Shown: positions 54,878 to 62,462 of the stretch, one piece after another | How the letters are laid out: every line of letters starts with the position of its first letter | Position numbering within the stretch: position 1 is the stretch's first letter | Source of the DNA: Acidimicrobiia bacterium | Lineage (GTDB): Bacteria; Actinomycetota; Acidimicrobiia; IMCC26256; JACPCJ01 | DNA: 64,000 nucleotides | Assembly (NCBI GenBank): GCA_035293045.1 | Contig: DATDOY010000106.1 | Location: 562 to 64,561, forward strand | Direction of reading: 5' to 3' | Notes under the pieces: model-generated | Told to the model about the DNA's origin: nothing | Seen by the model: the letters and a program-made list of their open reading frames with translations, nothing else | Database searches by the model: none | Position numbers and translations under genes: made by a program

Positions 54878-55649
54878 GGGCACGCAGCCTAGGGTCCCCA
54901 CCGTGGAGGCGAAATCGCTGCTCGATCTGTTCGCCGGCGTCGTCGACGCCGTCGGATCCGCGGTGGCGGCGATGTCGCCGGATGAGCGTCGCGTGCTGGG
55001 CGGCCGTCCGAGCCAGTACGCCCTCGATCTCGTCGCGGACGCTGCGGCGCTGCGTGTGTTGGAGAAGGCGCCCGTCGCCGTCTTGAGCGAGGAGTCGGGG
55101 GCCGGGGGAGATCCGACTGCTGCCGTGACGGTCGTGCTTGATCCGATCGACGGCTCGACCAACTGTTCACGGGGGATTCCCTACTGGTCCACGTCGCTGG
55201 CGGCGGTCGAGGCCGGCGAACTCCTCGCCGCGATGGTCGTCAACCATGTGACAGGCGAGCGGTTCACCGCGATTCGCGGCGAAGGCGCTTCGCTCGACGG
55301 CAGCCGGTTGTCGCCGCCCCCCGTGGACGAGGTGGGCGACGCGCTCCTCGGCGTCGTCGCCGCGCACCGCATCAAGCGGACGGGGTGGGCGCAGGCTCGC
55401 ACCCTCGGCTCGGTCGCTCTCGAACTGTGCGAGGTCGCGGCGGGGCGGATGGACGGCTATCTCGACGCGTGGGGCGGATTCGCCGTCTGGGACTACCTCG
55501 GCGGCGTGCTCATGTGCCGCGAAGCCGGGGTCCAGGTCGTCGATCACCAGGGGCGTGAGCTCGTCGTGCTCGATCCCTCGGCGCGGCGCCAGCTCGTCGC
55601 GGCCAAGAGCGATGCGTTGCTCGCGCAACTCCGGTCGGCGCTCGCATGA
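54876..55649 (+). CDS. Inositol monophosphatase family protein (paralogue 1)
   Basis: VLSEESG, VLDPIDGSTN and WDYLGG motifs. An alternative GTG start lies at 54903. Confidence 0.85.
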   Translation: MGTQPRVPTVEAKSLLDLFAGVVDAVGSAVAAMSPDERRVLGGRPSQYALDLVADAAALRVLEKAPVAVLSEESGAGGDPTAAVTVVLDPIDGSTNCSRGIPYWSTSLAAVEAGELLAAMVVNHVTGERFTAIRGEGASLDGSRLSPPPVDEVGDALLGVVAAHRIKRTGWAQARTLGSVALELCEVAAGRMDGYLDAWGGFAVWDYLGGVLMCREAGVQVVDHQGRELVVLDPSARRQLVAAKSDALLAQLRSALA

Positions 55650-55651
55650 CG

Positions 55652-55698
55652 CCGGTTGGGGGCCAGGTTGGAGGCCAGGTTGGGGGCCAGGTTGGGGG
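55652..55698. repeat. G-rich 12-nt tandem repeat x4 (CCAGGTTGGGGG-like) filling the spacer between the two IMPase genes
   Basis: CCGGTTGGGGG / CCAGGTTGGAGG / CCAGGTTGGGGG / CCAGGTTGGGGG. The repeat starts 3 nt after the TGA of paralogue 1 and ends 6 nt before the ATG of paralogue 2. Confidence 0.9.
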
Positions 55699-55704
55699 AA
55701 GGCC

Positions 55705-56514
55705 ATGAGCCGGTCGGACCTCCTCGACGCCGCCGTCTCCGCGGCCCGGTTGGGAGGCGACCTCATCGCGGGTCGGTTCGGTCAGCGCGTCGGCGCGAAC
55801 GACCTCGGGCCGAGCGCGAAGGGCCCGGGCGACTACGTGACGGCCACCGACCACGCCAGCGAGGAGGCCATCCGCGATGCCCTCGCCGCGGCGGCGCCCG
55901 ACATCCCCTTCTTCGGCGAGGAACAAGGTGGGATCCGGGCTGAGATCGGGTGGATCGTCGACCCGCTCGACGGCACGGCCAACTTCCTCCACGGCTTTCC
56001 GGCCGTCGGCGTATCGGTGGCGCTCGTGGAGTCGGGTCGGCCGGTGGTCGCCGTGGTCCACGCGCCGGTGCTCGGGCAGACCTGGACGGCGACCGAGGGC
56101 GGCGGGGCGCACTGCGACGGCGTCCCGATCCGCGTGAGCGACCGGGAGGTGGCCCACGCCATCTGCGGCACGGGATTTCCCTTCAAGGCCAAGCCCCAGC
56201 TCGGCGTGTATCTCGCGATGTTCGAGGCCGCCTTCCGGCGGTTCGAGGACCTGCGCCGGCCCGGTGCGGCGAGCCTGGACTTGGCGTGGGTGGCGGGCGG
56301 CGTGTTCGACGGTTTCTTCGAGTTGTCGCTCGGTCCGTGGGACGTCGCCGCCGGCGCACTCTTGATTCGCGAAGCGGGCGGCGTGGTCACCGACTGGCGC
56401 GGCGACGAGTCGGCGTGGCTCGAGACCGGTGACATCCTCGTCGGCCCACCGACGGTGCACGCAGCGCTGCTCGAACTCGCGGCGGGCGCGCTGTCCGTGG
56501 CTCAGGACGAGTAG
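55705..56514 (+). CDS. Inositol monophosphatase family protein (paralogue 2, SuhB-like)
   Basis: DYVTATDHASEEAI, FFGEEQG, WIVDPLDGTANFLHG and PWDVAAGALLIREAGG. Confidence 0.88.
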   Translation: MSRSDLLDAAVSAARLGGDLIAGRFGQRVGANDLGPSAKGPGDYVTATDHASEEAIRDALAAAAPDIPFFGEEQGGIRAEIGWIVDPLDGTANFLHGFPAVGVSVALVESGRPVVAVVHAPVLGQTWTATEGGGAHCDGVPIRVSDREVAHAICGTGFPFKAKPQLGVYLAMFEAAFRRFEDLRRPGAASLDLAWVAGGVFDGFFELSLGPWDVAAGALLIREAGGVVTDWRGDESAWLETGDILVGPPTVHAALLELAAGALSVAQDE

Positions 56515-57671
56515 ACGACGTCCTGGCCCGACGCCTTCGGGTGCCGACTCGGCCGACGAAGGTGGGCGACGTCGTCGCCGAAGGCCGAGTAGACGGCGTC
56601 GGTGACCTCGTAGAGACGGGCTTCGTTGTCGAGCGGCTTGGGCAACCCGTTGGTGATCAGCACCATCGCGATGCCGGCGTCGGGGTCGCCGATGCCCCGG
56701 GACGTGCCCATGCCTCCGTGGCCGAACGCCCGGCGCCCGACGCCGCCGCCGATGCCTCCCGACACGTTCACGCCGAGGCCCCACGGCACCTTGAGATTGC
56801 CGAAGAGGCGGTCGCGCATGCCCGACCGGTGGGTCGCGATCATCACCTCGACGGTTCGCGGCTCGAGCAGTTGGGGACCGAACCCGAGGAGGCATTCGTA
56901 GAACCGGCCCAACTCGCTCGCGGGTCCATGCCCGCTCGAGCCGGGCTCGACGCGCGAGCGATACCACGGCTCGTTGTGTCCGGCCTTTTCGATGTCGTAG
57001 GGGACGACGACCGTCTTGCCGTCCTTCTCGTATGCCATCTGGTGCCCGCGCCACCGCATGGGGATGAGTCGATCGCCGAGCGCGGCCTGCTCCTCGACGT
57101 CGATGGCGAGGCGGCTGGTGGGCATGCCGGCGCGGGCGAAGACTTCCTCTTCGACGTACTGCTTGATCGGACGGCCGTCGACCGCCTCGACGACCGCGCC
57201 GAGGATCGTCCAACCCGTCGTGAGGTGGTATTCGGCGACCGTGCCGGGGACCGACTCCGCCGGGTGCGCAGCGATGCGGCGCACTTTTTCCTCGTAGGGG
57301 AGATCCTGGTCACCGACGCCATCGCGACGCATGGCGAAGCCGCCCGTGTGGGTGAGGACGTGGCGGATGGTGCACCGCTCCTTGCCTCCACCCCAACCCT
57401 TGACGTAGTCGGCGATCAGGTCGTCGAGGCCGAGTCGGCCCTGCTCCCAGAGTTGGAGGACGGCGACGGCGGTGACGGGCTTGGAGGACGAGTACCAGAG
57501 CATCACGTCGTCGGCCCGGAGCGCCCGTCCGGGCTGCGACTCGCCCATGGCGTGGTCGAGCAGGGTTTCACCGCGGCGCGACACGTAGAGCTGCGCGGCG
57601 TCGTGCAAGCCTTGGTCGCGGAAGCGTTCGAGCGCGTCGATGGCTTGGACGAAGTCCGGTCCGCCGGTCAC
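56502..57671 (-). CDS. Serine hydrolase, class C beta-lactamase/esterase family
   Basis: SxxK motif WYSSSKPVTAVAVLQL and a beta-lactamase-fold body. I chose GTG (complement of 57669-57671), and the upstream part of track ORF 56502..58220 is not coding. The 3' end overlaps the convergent IMPase gene by 13 nt. Confidence 0.8.
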   Translation of the reverse strand: MTGGPDFVQAIDALERFRDQGLHDAAQLYVSRRGETLLDHAMGESQPGRALRADDVMLWYSSSKPVTAVAVLQLWEQGRLGLDDLIADYVKGWGGGKERCTIRHVLTHTGGFAMRRDGVGDQDLPYEEKVRRIAAHPAESVPGTVAEYHLTTGWTILGAVVEAVDGRPIKQYVEEEVFARAGMPTSRLAIDVEEQAALGDRLIPMRWRGHQMAYEKDGKTVVVPYDIEKAGHNEPWYRSRVEPGSSGHGPASELGRFYECLLGFGPQLLEPRTVEVMIATHRSGMRDRLFGNLKVPWGLGVNVSGGIGGGVGRRAFGHGGMGTSRGIGDPDAGIAMVLITNGLPKPLDNEARLYEVTDAVYSAFGDDVAHLRRPSRHPKASGQDVVYSS

Positions 57672-57693
57672 CGGTGCAGCGTACGCTGAGCGC

Positions 57694-58146
57694 GTGGATT
57701 CCCGTCGGTCCGACCAACGGCCCGCGCTGATCGTCTCGGCCTGCCTGCTCGGGGTCGAGTGCAACCACGAGGGTCGCGCCGCGAAGGTGAGCCTGCGCGA
57801 GACGCTGTCGGAGCGGTATCGGATCGTGCCGGTGTGTCCGGAGGTTCTCGGAGGCCTCGCGGCCCCGCGGGCGGCTGCTGAGATCCAGCCCGACGGCTCG
57901 GTCGTCAATGTGGAGGGTGTCGACGTCACCGGGGCGTATCGGCGTGGGGCCGAGGCGGCCGTCCGCGTCGCCCTCGCCAGTGGCGCACGACGCGCCGTGC
58001 TCAAGGCGCGGAGCCCGTCGTGCGGGTCGTCGGGGGTGTACGACGGGACGTTCTCGGGGGTGCTCGTGGACGGGTCGGGCACGGCGGCGTCGCGGCTCCG
58101 CGACGCGGGGCTCGAGGTGTCGTCGGAGGAGGACCCGCTGCCGTGA
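57694..58146 (+). CDS. DUF523 (YbbK-like) domain protein
   Basis: PALIVSACLLGVECNHEGR...VPVCPEVLGGL...KARSPSCG is the DUF523 signature. I chose the GTG start at 57694; ATG 57640 would overlap the divergent hydrolase gene. Confidence 0.75.
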   Translation: MDSRRSDQRPALIVSACLLGVECNHEGRAAKVSLRETLSERYRIVPVCPEVLGGLAAPRAAAEIQPDGSVVNVEGVDVTGAYRRGAEAAVRVALASGARRAVLKARSPSCGSSGVYDGTFSGVLVDGSGTAASRLRDAGLEVSSEEDPLP

Positions 58147-58160
58147 AATCGTGATTGCAG

Positions 58161-58213
58161 CCGTTCTCGAGCAAGTTTCCCACCTCTCAGGTGGAACACT
58201 TGCTCGAGAACGG
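58161..58213 (+). terminator. Long hairpin (perfect 15-bp outer stem plus 6-bp inner stem) after DUF523, 7 nt upstream of tRNA-Val
   Basis: CCGTTCTCGAGCAAG-tttc-CCACCT-ctc-AGGTGG-aaca-CTTGCTCGAGAACGG. Confidence 0.55.
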
Positions 58214-58220
58214 ATGACAC

Positions 58221-58293
58221 GGGCGCTTAGCTCAGTTGGGAGAGCGCCGCCCTTACAAGGCGGAGGCCGTAGGTTCGAGCCCTACAGCGCCCA
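58221..58293 (+). tRNA. tRNA-Val (anticodon TAC)
   Basis: Acceptor GGGCGCT/AGCGCCC. D-arm GCTC-AGTTGGGA-GAGC. Anticodon stem CCGCC/GGCGG with loop CTTACAA. T-arm GTAGG-TTCGAGC-CCTAC. Discriminator A. Confidence 0.9.
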
Positions 58294-58301
58294 CTCCCTC
58301 C

Positions 58302-58348
58302 GTCTGTGGCGCGTTAGCGGGGACATAGCCCGATAACGCGCCACAGAC
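58302..58348 (+). terminator. Perfect 15-bp stem hairpin 8 nt downstream of tRNA-Val
   Basis: GTCTGTGGCGCGTTA-(17-nt loop)-TAACGCGCCACAGAC. Confidence 0.55.
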
Positions 58349-58406
58349 GCGGAAACGGATCGCGCCTCGGGGCGCGGCGGCGGGCCTCGCTAGGCTCGCC
58401 ATCGGA

Positions 58407-59123
58407 ATGAGCGAACTCGACGATCTGCTCAGCGTGCAGGACCACGACAGCGCCATCGACCGGCTGCGGGCCCGGCGCGTCAAGCTCCCCGAGCGTCAAG
58501 AGCTCGCCGCCCGGCAGGAGGAGGCCGAGGCGCTCGAGGCGCAGCGAGCCGAGCTCCAAACCCAGCGTGACGCGGCGGCCCGCGACGAACGGCACCTCGA
58601 CGAGAACGTCAATGCCCTCGAGCGTCGCATCGCCGAGGTCGAACAAGAGCTCTACAGCGGCAAGAACAACATCCCCCGCGAACTGCAAGCGCTCCAGGCC
58701 GACATCGAGCAACTCAAGCGCCAACGCAGCTCGATGGAAGACCAGGAGCTCGACGCCATGGAACGGCGCGAGGGCCTCGACGGAGAGGTCGCCCAACTCG
58801 AGGAGAAAGTCGCGGCCGTCACCGCCGACATCGACCGCTTGACCGGCGTGATCTCGGAACAGGAGGCGGCGATCGACGCCGAACTCGCGACCGAGACGAC
58901 CGAGCGAGGATCGGCGGCGGCGAAGGTCTCTGCCGAGTTGCTCAAGACCTACGAAACCATCCGCGCCGGAAACGACGGGATCGGGGCCGCCCGCCTCGTC
59001 GGCGGGATGTGCCAGGGATGCCACCTCGCGCTCCCCGCCGTCGAGGTCGACCGGATCAAGAAGCTGCCGCCGGGAGAGAGCATTCGCTGCGACCAGTGCG
59101 GCGCCATCCTCGTGCGCTCGTGA
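58407..59123 (+). CDS. Coiled-coil + C4 zinc-ribbon protein (DUF164/COG1579 family)
   Basis: A long heptad-rich region, then a C-terminal CQGCHLALP...CDQCGAIL zinc ribbon. It precedes rnhA, as in the mycobacterial Rv2229c-Rv2228c arrangement. Confidence 0.82.
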   Translation: MSELDDLLSVQDHDSAIDRLRARRVKLPERQELAARQEEAEALEAQRAELQTQRDAAARDERHLDENVNALERRIAEVEQELYSGKNNIPRELQALQADIEQLKRQRSSMEDQELDAMERREGLDGEVAQLEEKVAAVTADIDRLTGVISEQEAAIDAELATETTERGSAAAKVSAELLKTYETIRAGNDGIGAARLVGGMCQGCHLALPAVEVDRIKKLPPGESIRCDQCGAILVRS

Positions 59124-59551
59124 CAGGCGGCGGCAAAGTCATCATCTACGCCGACGGGGGAGCGCGCGGGAACCCCGGGCCGGCTGCGATCGGGGCCGTC
59201 GTCCTCGACCCGTCGACCGATCCTCCGACCGTGGTAGCCGCGGTCAGCGAGTCGATCGGCGTCGCCACCAACAACGTCGCGGAGTACCTCGCGCTCATCG
59301 CCGGCCTGGAACATGCCGCCGAGCACGGTGCGCGGGAAGTCGATGTCCGCGCCGACTCCCAACTCGTGATTCGACAGCTCGGCGGGCAGTATCGAGTGAA
59401 GAACGCGGGCCTAAAGCCCCTGTACGCGAGGGCGCGCCTCCTCCTCGACGGCTTCGACGCCGTGTCGCTCACGCATGTTCCCCGCGAGCAGAACACCGAA
59501 GCGGACGCGCTCGTGAACGCCGCCCTCGACGCCACCACGGGTGCGGGGTAG
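59120..59551 (+). CDS. rnhA: Ribonuclease HI family protein
   Basis: IIYADGGARGNPGPAAIG, NNVAEYLALIAGLE, DSQLVIRQL, and REQNTEADALVN (DEDD catalytic residues). GTG overlaps the previous stop. Confidence 0.88.
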   Translation: MTGGGKVIIYADGGARGNPGPAAIGAVVLDPSTDPPTVVAAVSESIGVATNNVAEYLALIAGLEHAAEHGAREVDVRADSQLVIRQLGGQYRVKNAGLKPLYARARLLLDGFDAVSLTHVPREQNTEADALVNAALDATTGAG

Positions 59552-59559
59552 GCCGACGC

Positions 59560-60186
59560 GTGGACATCATCCTTGTTCGCCACGGCTCGACCGCGCCGAA
59601 CGAGCGTGGCGTCCTCCTCGGACAGGGCAACGACCCTGGCCTCACCGACGCGGGCCGGGAACAGGCGACCGCGGTTGCCCACGCGTTGGCCGGCGTGACG
59701 CCGCTCATGATCTGGTCGAGTCCGCTCCGCCGATGCCTCGAGACGGCTGGGGCGATCGCGGCGGCGCACGACGCCCTGCCCCCCACGGCGGTCGAGCCCC
59801 GGTTGGCCGAGATCGACTACGGCGAGTGGGAGGGCGTGCCGCTGGCCGACCTCCCCGCCGAGGCGATGCGCACGTGGAGGCGCGATCCCGCATTTCGACC
59901 GCCCGGCGGCGAATCGCTCGCCGAGGTGACCGCGAGGGTGGGCGAGTGGTGTGACGAGCAGACCGGCGATGGCACGATCATCGCGGTGACGCACGTGTCG
60001 CCGATCAAGGCGGCCGTGATCTGGGCGCTCGACGGATCACCGACGATGGCGTGGCGTCTCCACGTCGGCGTGGCGTCGATCACGACGGTGGCGGCGCGGG
60101 ACGGCGCTCCGCCGGCGGTGCTCGGCTTCAACGAGCGGGCGCACCTGCGGTCGAACGGCTCGCCGTCGACCCCGCCAACGCACTGA
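59560..60186 (+). CDS. Histidine phosphatase family protein (PGAM/CobC-like)
   Basis: ILVRHGSTAPNERG (RHG motif), plus YGEWEG and VTHVSPIKA. It is equivalent to the phosphatase half of the mycobacterial RNase H-CobC fusion. Confidence 0.85.
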   Translation: MDIILVRHGSTAPNERGVLLGQGNDPGLTDAGREQATAVAHALAGVTPLMIWSSPLRRCLETAGAIAAAHDALPPTAVEPRLAEIDYGEWEGVPLADLPAEAMRTWRRDPAFRPPGGESLAEVTARVGEWCDEQTGDGTIIAVTHVSPIKAAVIWALDGSPTMAWRLHVGVASITTVAARDGAPPAVLGFNERAHLRSNGSPSTPPTH

Positions 60187-60916
60187 GCAGGTCGCGCACG
60201 CGGGCCTGGGCCTCGACCGGTTCGAGGGTGTGATCCGGGGATGGGGACGGCGATGTCGCGGCGCCCAGGTCGGGCGCGGGCGCAGGAGCCACGGTGAGGG
60301 CGTCGAGGTCGAACAGCGTGAGCGGCTGGCGCGCCGCCCGCCGCGCCTCGATCGCGGCGAAGGCCCAGCGCTCCGCGTCGAGCTCGGAGCGCCGGAGCTC
60401 GTGGCGGAACTGATGGATGTGGCGGGCCTCATGGGCGGCCACATGGAACAGCTCGTCTTGCCAACACTCGAACAGGATCTCCGGCGAGGTCTTGAGGCGA
60501 GGGTCCTGGTGGGTGAGCGGATACCGCGTGAGTCGGCGGGGATCGGCGGGGATGTTCATCGTGACGAGGTAGGCCACGCCGGGAGCGACCCGCGAGATGT
60601 CGGGTACGCCGTCGTAGGCCCGGCCCGACCAGTCGCCGGCGCGCGGAGACCGACGGGTTTCGACCGTGACCTCGCCCCGGTAGCGACGGGCGTCGGCGTG
60701 TGCGTCACGCTTGCGCGCGTAGGCCCACCGGGTGAGGCGACCCCGACGGGTGAACTCCATCACGTAGCGCCGCTCGACGCGCGCCCGAGCCTTCACGTGG
60801 ACCTCGACGTCGTCGGCGAGCACGCCGTCGAAGCCCTCGCACACGATCGTCGCCATCTCCGGGCGGATCTCTGCCGGAAACGTGTTCGAAAGCACGACGT
60901 GCGGCGACGACGCCAT
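60128..60916 (-). CDS. Hypothetical protein with an HExxHxxxxxH zinc-metallopeptidase-like motif
   Basis: 262 codons with strong GC3 bias. Motif LFHVAAHEARHIHQFRH. A P/A/S-rich C-terminal tail overlaps the convergent phosphatase gene by 59 nt. I recognise no family. Confidence 0.6.
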   Translation of the reverse strand: MASSPHVVLSNTFPAEIRPEMATIVCEGFDGVLADDVEVHVKARARVERRYVMEFTRRGRLTRWAYARKRDAHADARRYRGEVTVETRRSPRAGDWSGRAYDGVPDISRVAPGVAYLVTMNIPADPRRLTRYPLTHQDPRLKTSPEILFECWQDELFHVAAHEARHIHQFRHELRRSELDAERWAFAAIEARRAARQPLTLFDLDALTVAPAPAPDLGAATSPSPSPDHTLEPVEAQARVRDLLSALAGSTASRSTAGAPAR

Positions 60917-61034
60917 GGGCCAAGTGAAGCAGCCGGGTGTGACGGCGATGGGGACCGTGCCCGAGAATGGGAGACAATGGTGGGGGCGAGGCGATCGCGC
61001 CGCCGCCCTCGACGGCCCCGGAAGGATCGGACCC

Positions 61035-62168
61035 ATGCGAACCGAAATCTGCGAGCAGCTCGGGATCGAGTACCCGATTTTCGCCTTCAGTCACTGCCGG
61101 GACGTGGTCGCCGCGGTTTCCAAGGCCGGGGGCCTCGGGGTGCTTGGCGCCCTTGCCTTCGACGGGGACCAAATGGAGGTCGAGCTGTCGTGGCTCGACG
61201 AGCACCTGGGCGACAAGCCGTACGGCGTCGACATCGTCATCCCCAACAAGTACGAGGGGATGGACATCGACGACATGACGCCCGAGGGGCTCGAGGCGGA
61301 GCTCAACAAGCACATCCCCGACGAGCACCGCCAGTTTGCCCACAAGATCCTCGCCGACCACGACGTCCCCGAGTTGCCGCCCGACGAACACCGACGCGAC
61401 CTCCTCGGCGTCACGGCCATCACCGCCGCTCCCCAGGTAGAGGTGCTCCTCCGCCACGACAAGGTGCGGCTCGTTGCCAACGCGCTTGGCACGCCGCCGG
61501 CGGATGTCGTCGCCGAGATCCAGGCGACGGGCAAGCTCGTGGGTGCGCTGTGCGGGTCGGTGCGTCACGCGCTCAGCCACAAGGAGGCCGGGCTCGATTT
61601 CGTCGTCTGTCAGGGGACCGAAGGCGGCGGACACTGCGGCGAGGTTTCGTCGGTGGTGCTGTGGCCGCAGGTGGTCGAGGCGGTCGCGCCGTTGCCGGTG
61701 CTTGCCGCCGGGGGCGTGGCCAATGGCGCCCAGATCGCGGCCGCTCTCGCGATGGGGGCGGCGGGCGTGTGGACGGGATCGCTGTGGCTCACCGTGGAAG
61801 AAGCCGACGTGCCGCCCGCGCAGATGGAGTCGTACCTCGCGGCGACCAGCCACGACACGATCCGTTCTCGGTCGTACACCGGGAAGCCCTGTCGCATGTT
61901 GGCCAACGACTGGACCGACGCGTGGGAACGCCCCGACACGCCCGACCCGTTGCCGATGCCGCTGCAACTCATGGTGTCGCTCGAGGCCGTGCGTCGCGGA
62001 CACGAATACCCGGAGCAGTCCAAGAAGACGAACTTCAACCCGGTGGGCCAGGTCGTCGGGATGCTCAACCACGTCGAGCGCGCGGGCGATGTGGTGCAGC
62101 GGCTCGTCGAGGAATACATCGAGGCCTGCGAACGCCTCAGCGCGCTCAACGAGCGCGCCCTTGCGTAG
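61035..62168 (+). CDS. Nitronate monooxygenase (NMO / 2-nitropropane dioxygenase family, FMN TIM barrel)
   Basis: MRTEICEQLGIEYPIFAFSH...AGGLGVLGA, VVCQGTEGGGH, and AAGGVANGAQIAAALAMGAAGVWTGS. GAAGGA SD. I trimmed the start to ATG 61035. Confidence 0.85.
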   Translation: MRTEICEQLGIEYPIFAFSHCRDVVAAVSKAGGLGVLGALAFDGDQMEVELSWLDEHLGDKPYGVDIVIPNKYEGMDIDDMTPEGLEAELNKHIPDEHRQFAHKILADHDVPELPPDEHRRDLLGVTAITAAPQVEVLLRHDKVRLVANALGTPPADVVAEIQATGKLVGALCGSVRHALSHKEAGLDFVVCQGTEGGGHCGEVSSVVLWPQVVEAVAPLPVLAAGGVANGAQIAAALAMGAAGVWTGSLWLTVEEADVPPAQMESYLAATSHDTIRSRSYTGKPCRMLANDWTDAWERPDTPDPLPMPLQLMVSLEAVRRGHEYPEQSKKTNFNPVGQVVGMLNHVERAGDVVQRLVEEYIEACERLSALNERALA

Positions 62169-62212
62169 CCGCGAGCGACCGGCAACGACGCGGTCGGATC
62201 AGGCGCGTTCGA

Positions 62213-62368
62213 TCAGACCGTGCTGCGATTGAAGATGCTGTAGCCGCCGGGACCGACCACGGCCGCGGCAACGAACAGCACGACCGCCCAGAGCACATCG
62301 CCCGAGAGCAGTTGGAGAACGCCGAACACGGCGAGGATGACTGCGAGGATCCATGTAAGTGGTGCCAT
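62213..62368 (-). CDS. Small two-helix membrane protein (51 aa), function unknown
   Basis: MAPLTWILAVILAVFGVLQLLSGDVLWAVVLFVAAAVVGPGGYSIF. I chose the internal ATG of track ORF 62213..62401. Confidence 0.45.
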   Translation of the reverse strand: MAPLTWILAVILAVFGVLQLLSGDVLWAVVLFVAAAVVGPGGYSIFNRSTV

Positions 62369-62462
62369 GCGCCAATCATTCCCGCGCCGTCCGGACGTCA
62401 AACGTGGCCAAACTCGATCGCGCTCGAAACGCCCGTTCCGAGCGCCTTGATCCGAGGAACCG

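Noticed and set aside
57672-58220. Upstream 183 codons of minus ORF 56502..58220 as part of the serine hydrolase
   Set aside because: This part is antisense to the DUF523 gene and to the terminator hairpin. Its translation is low-complexity (Ser/Arg/Pro/Thr-rich). The beta-lactamase-fold homology begins near the GTG at 57671.
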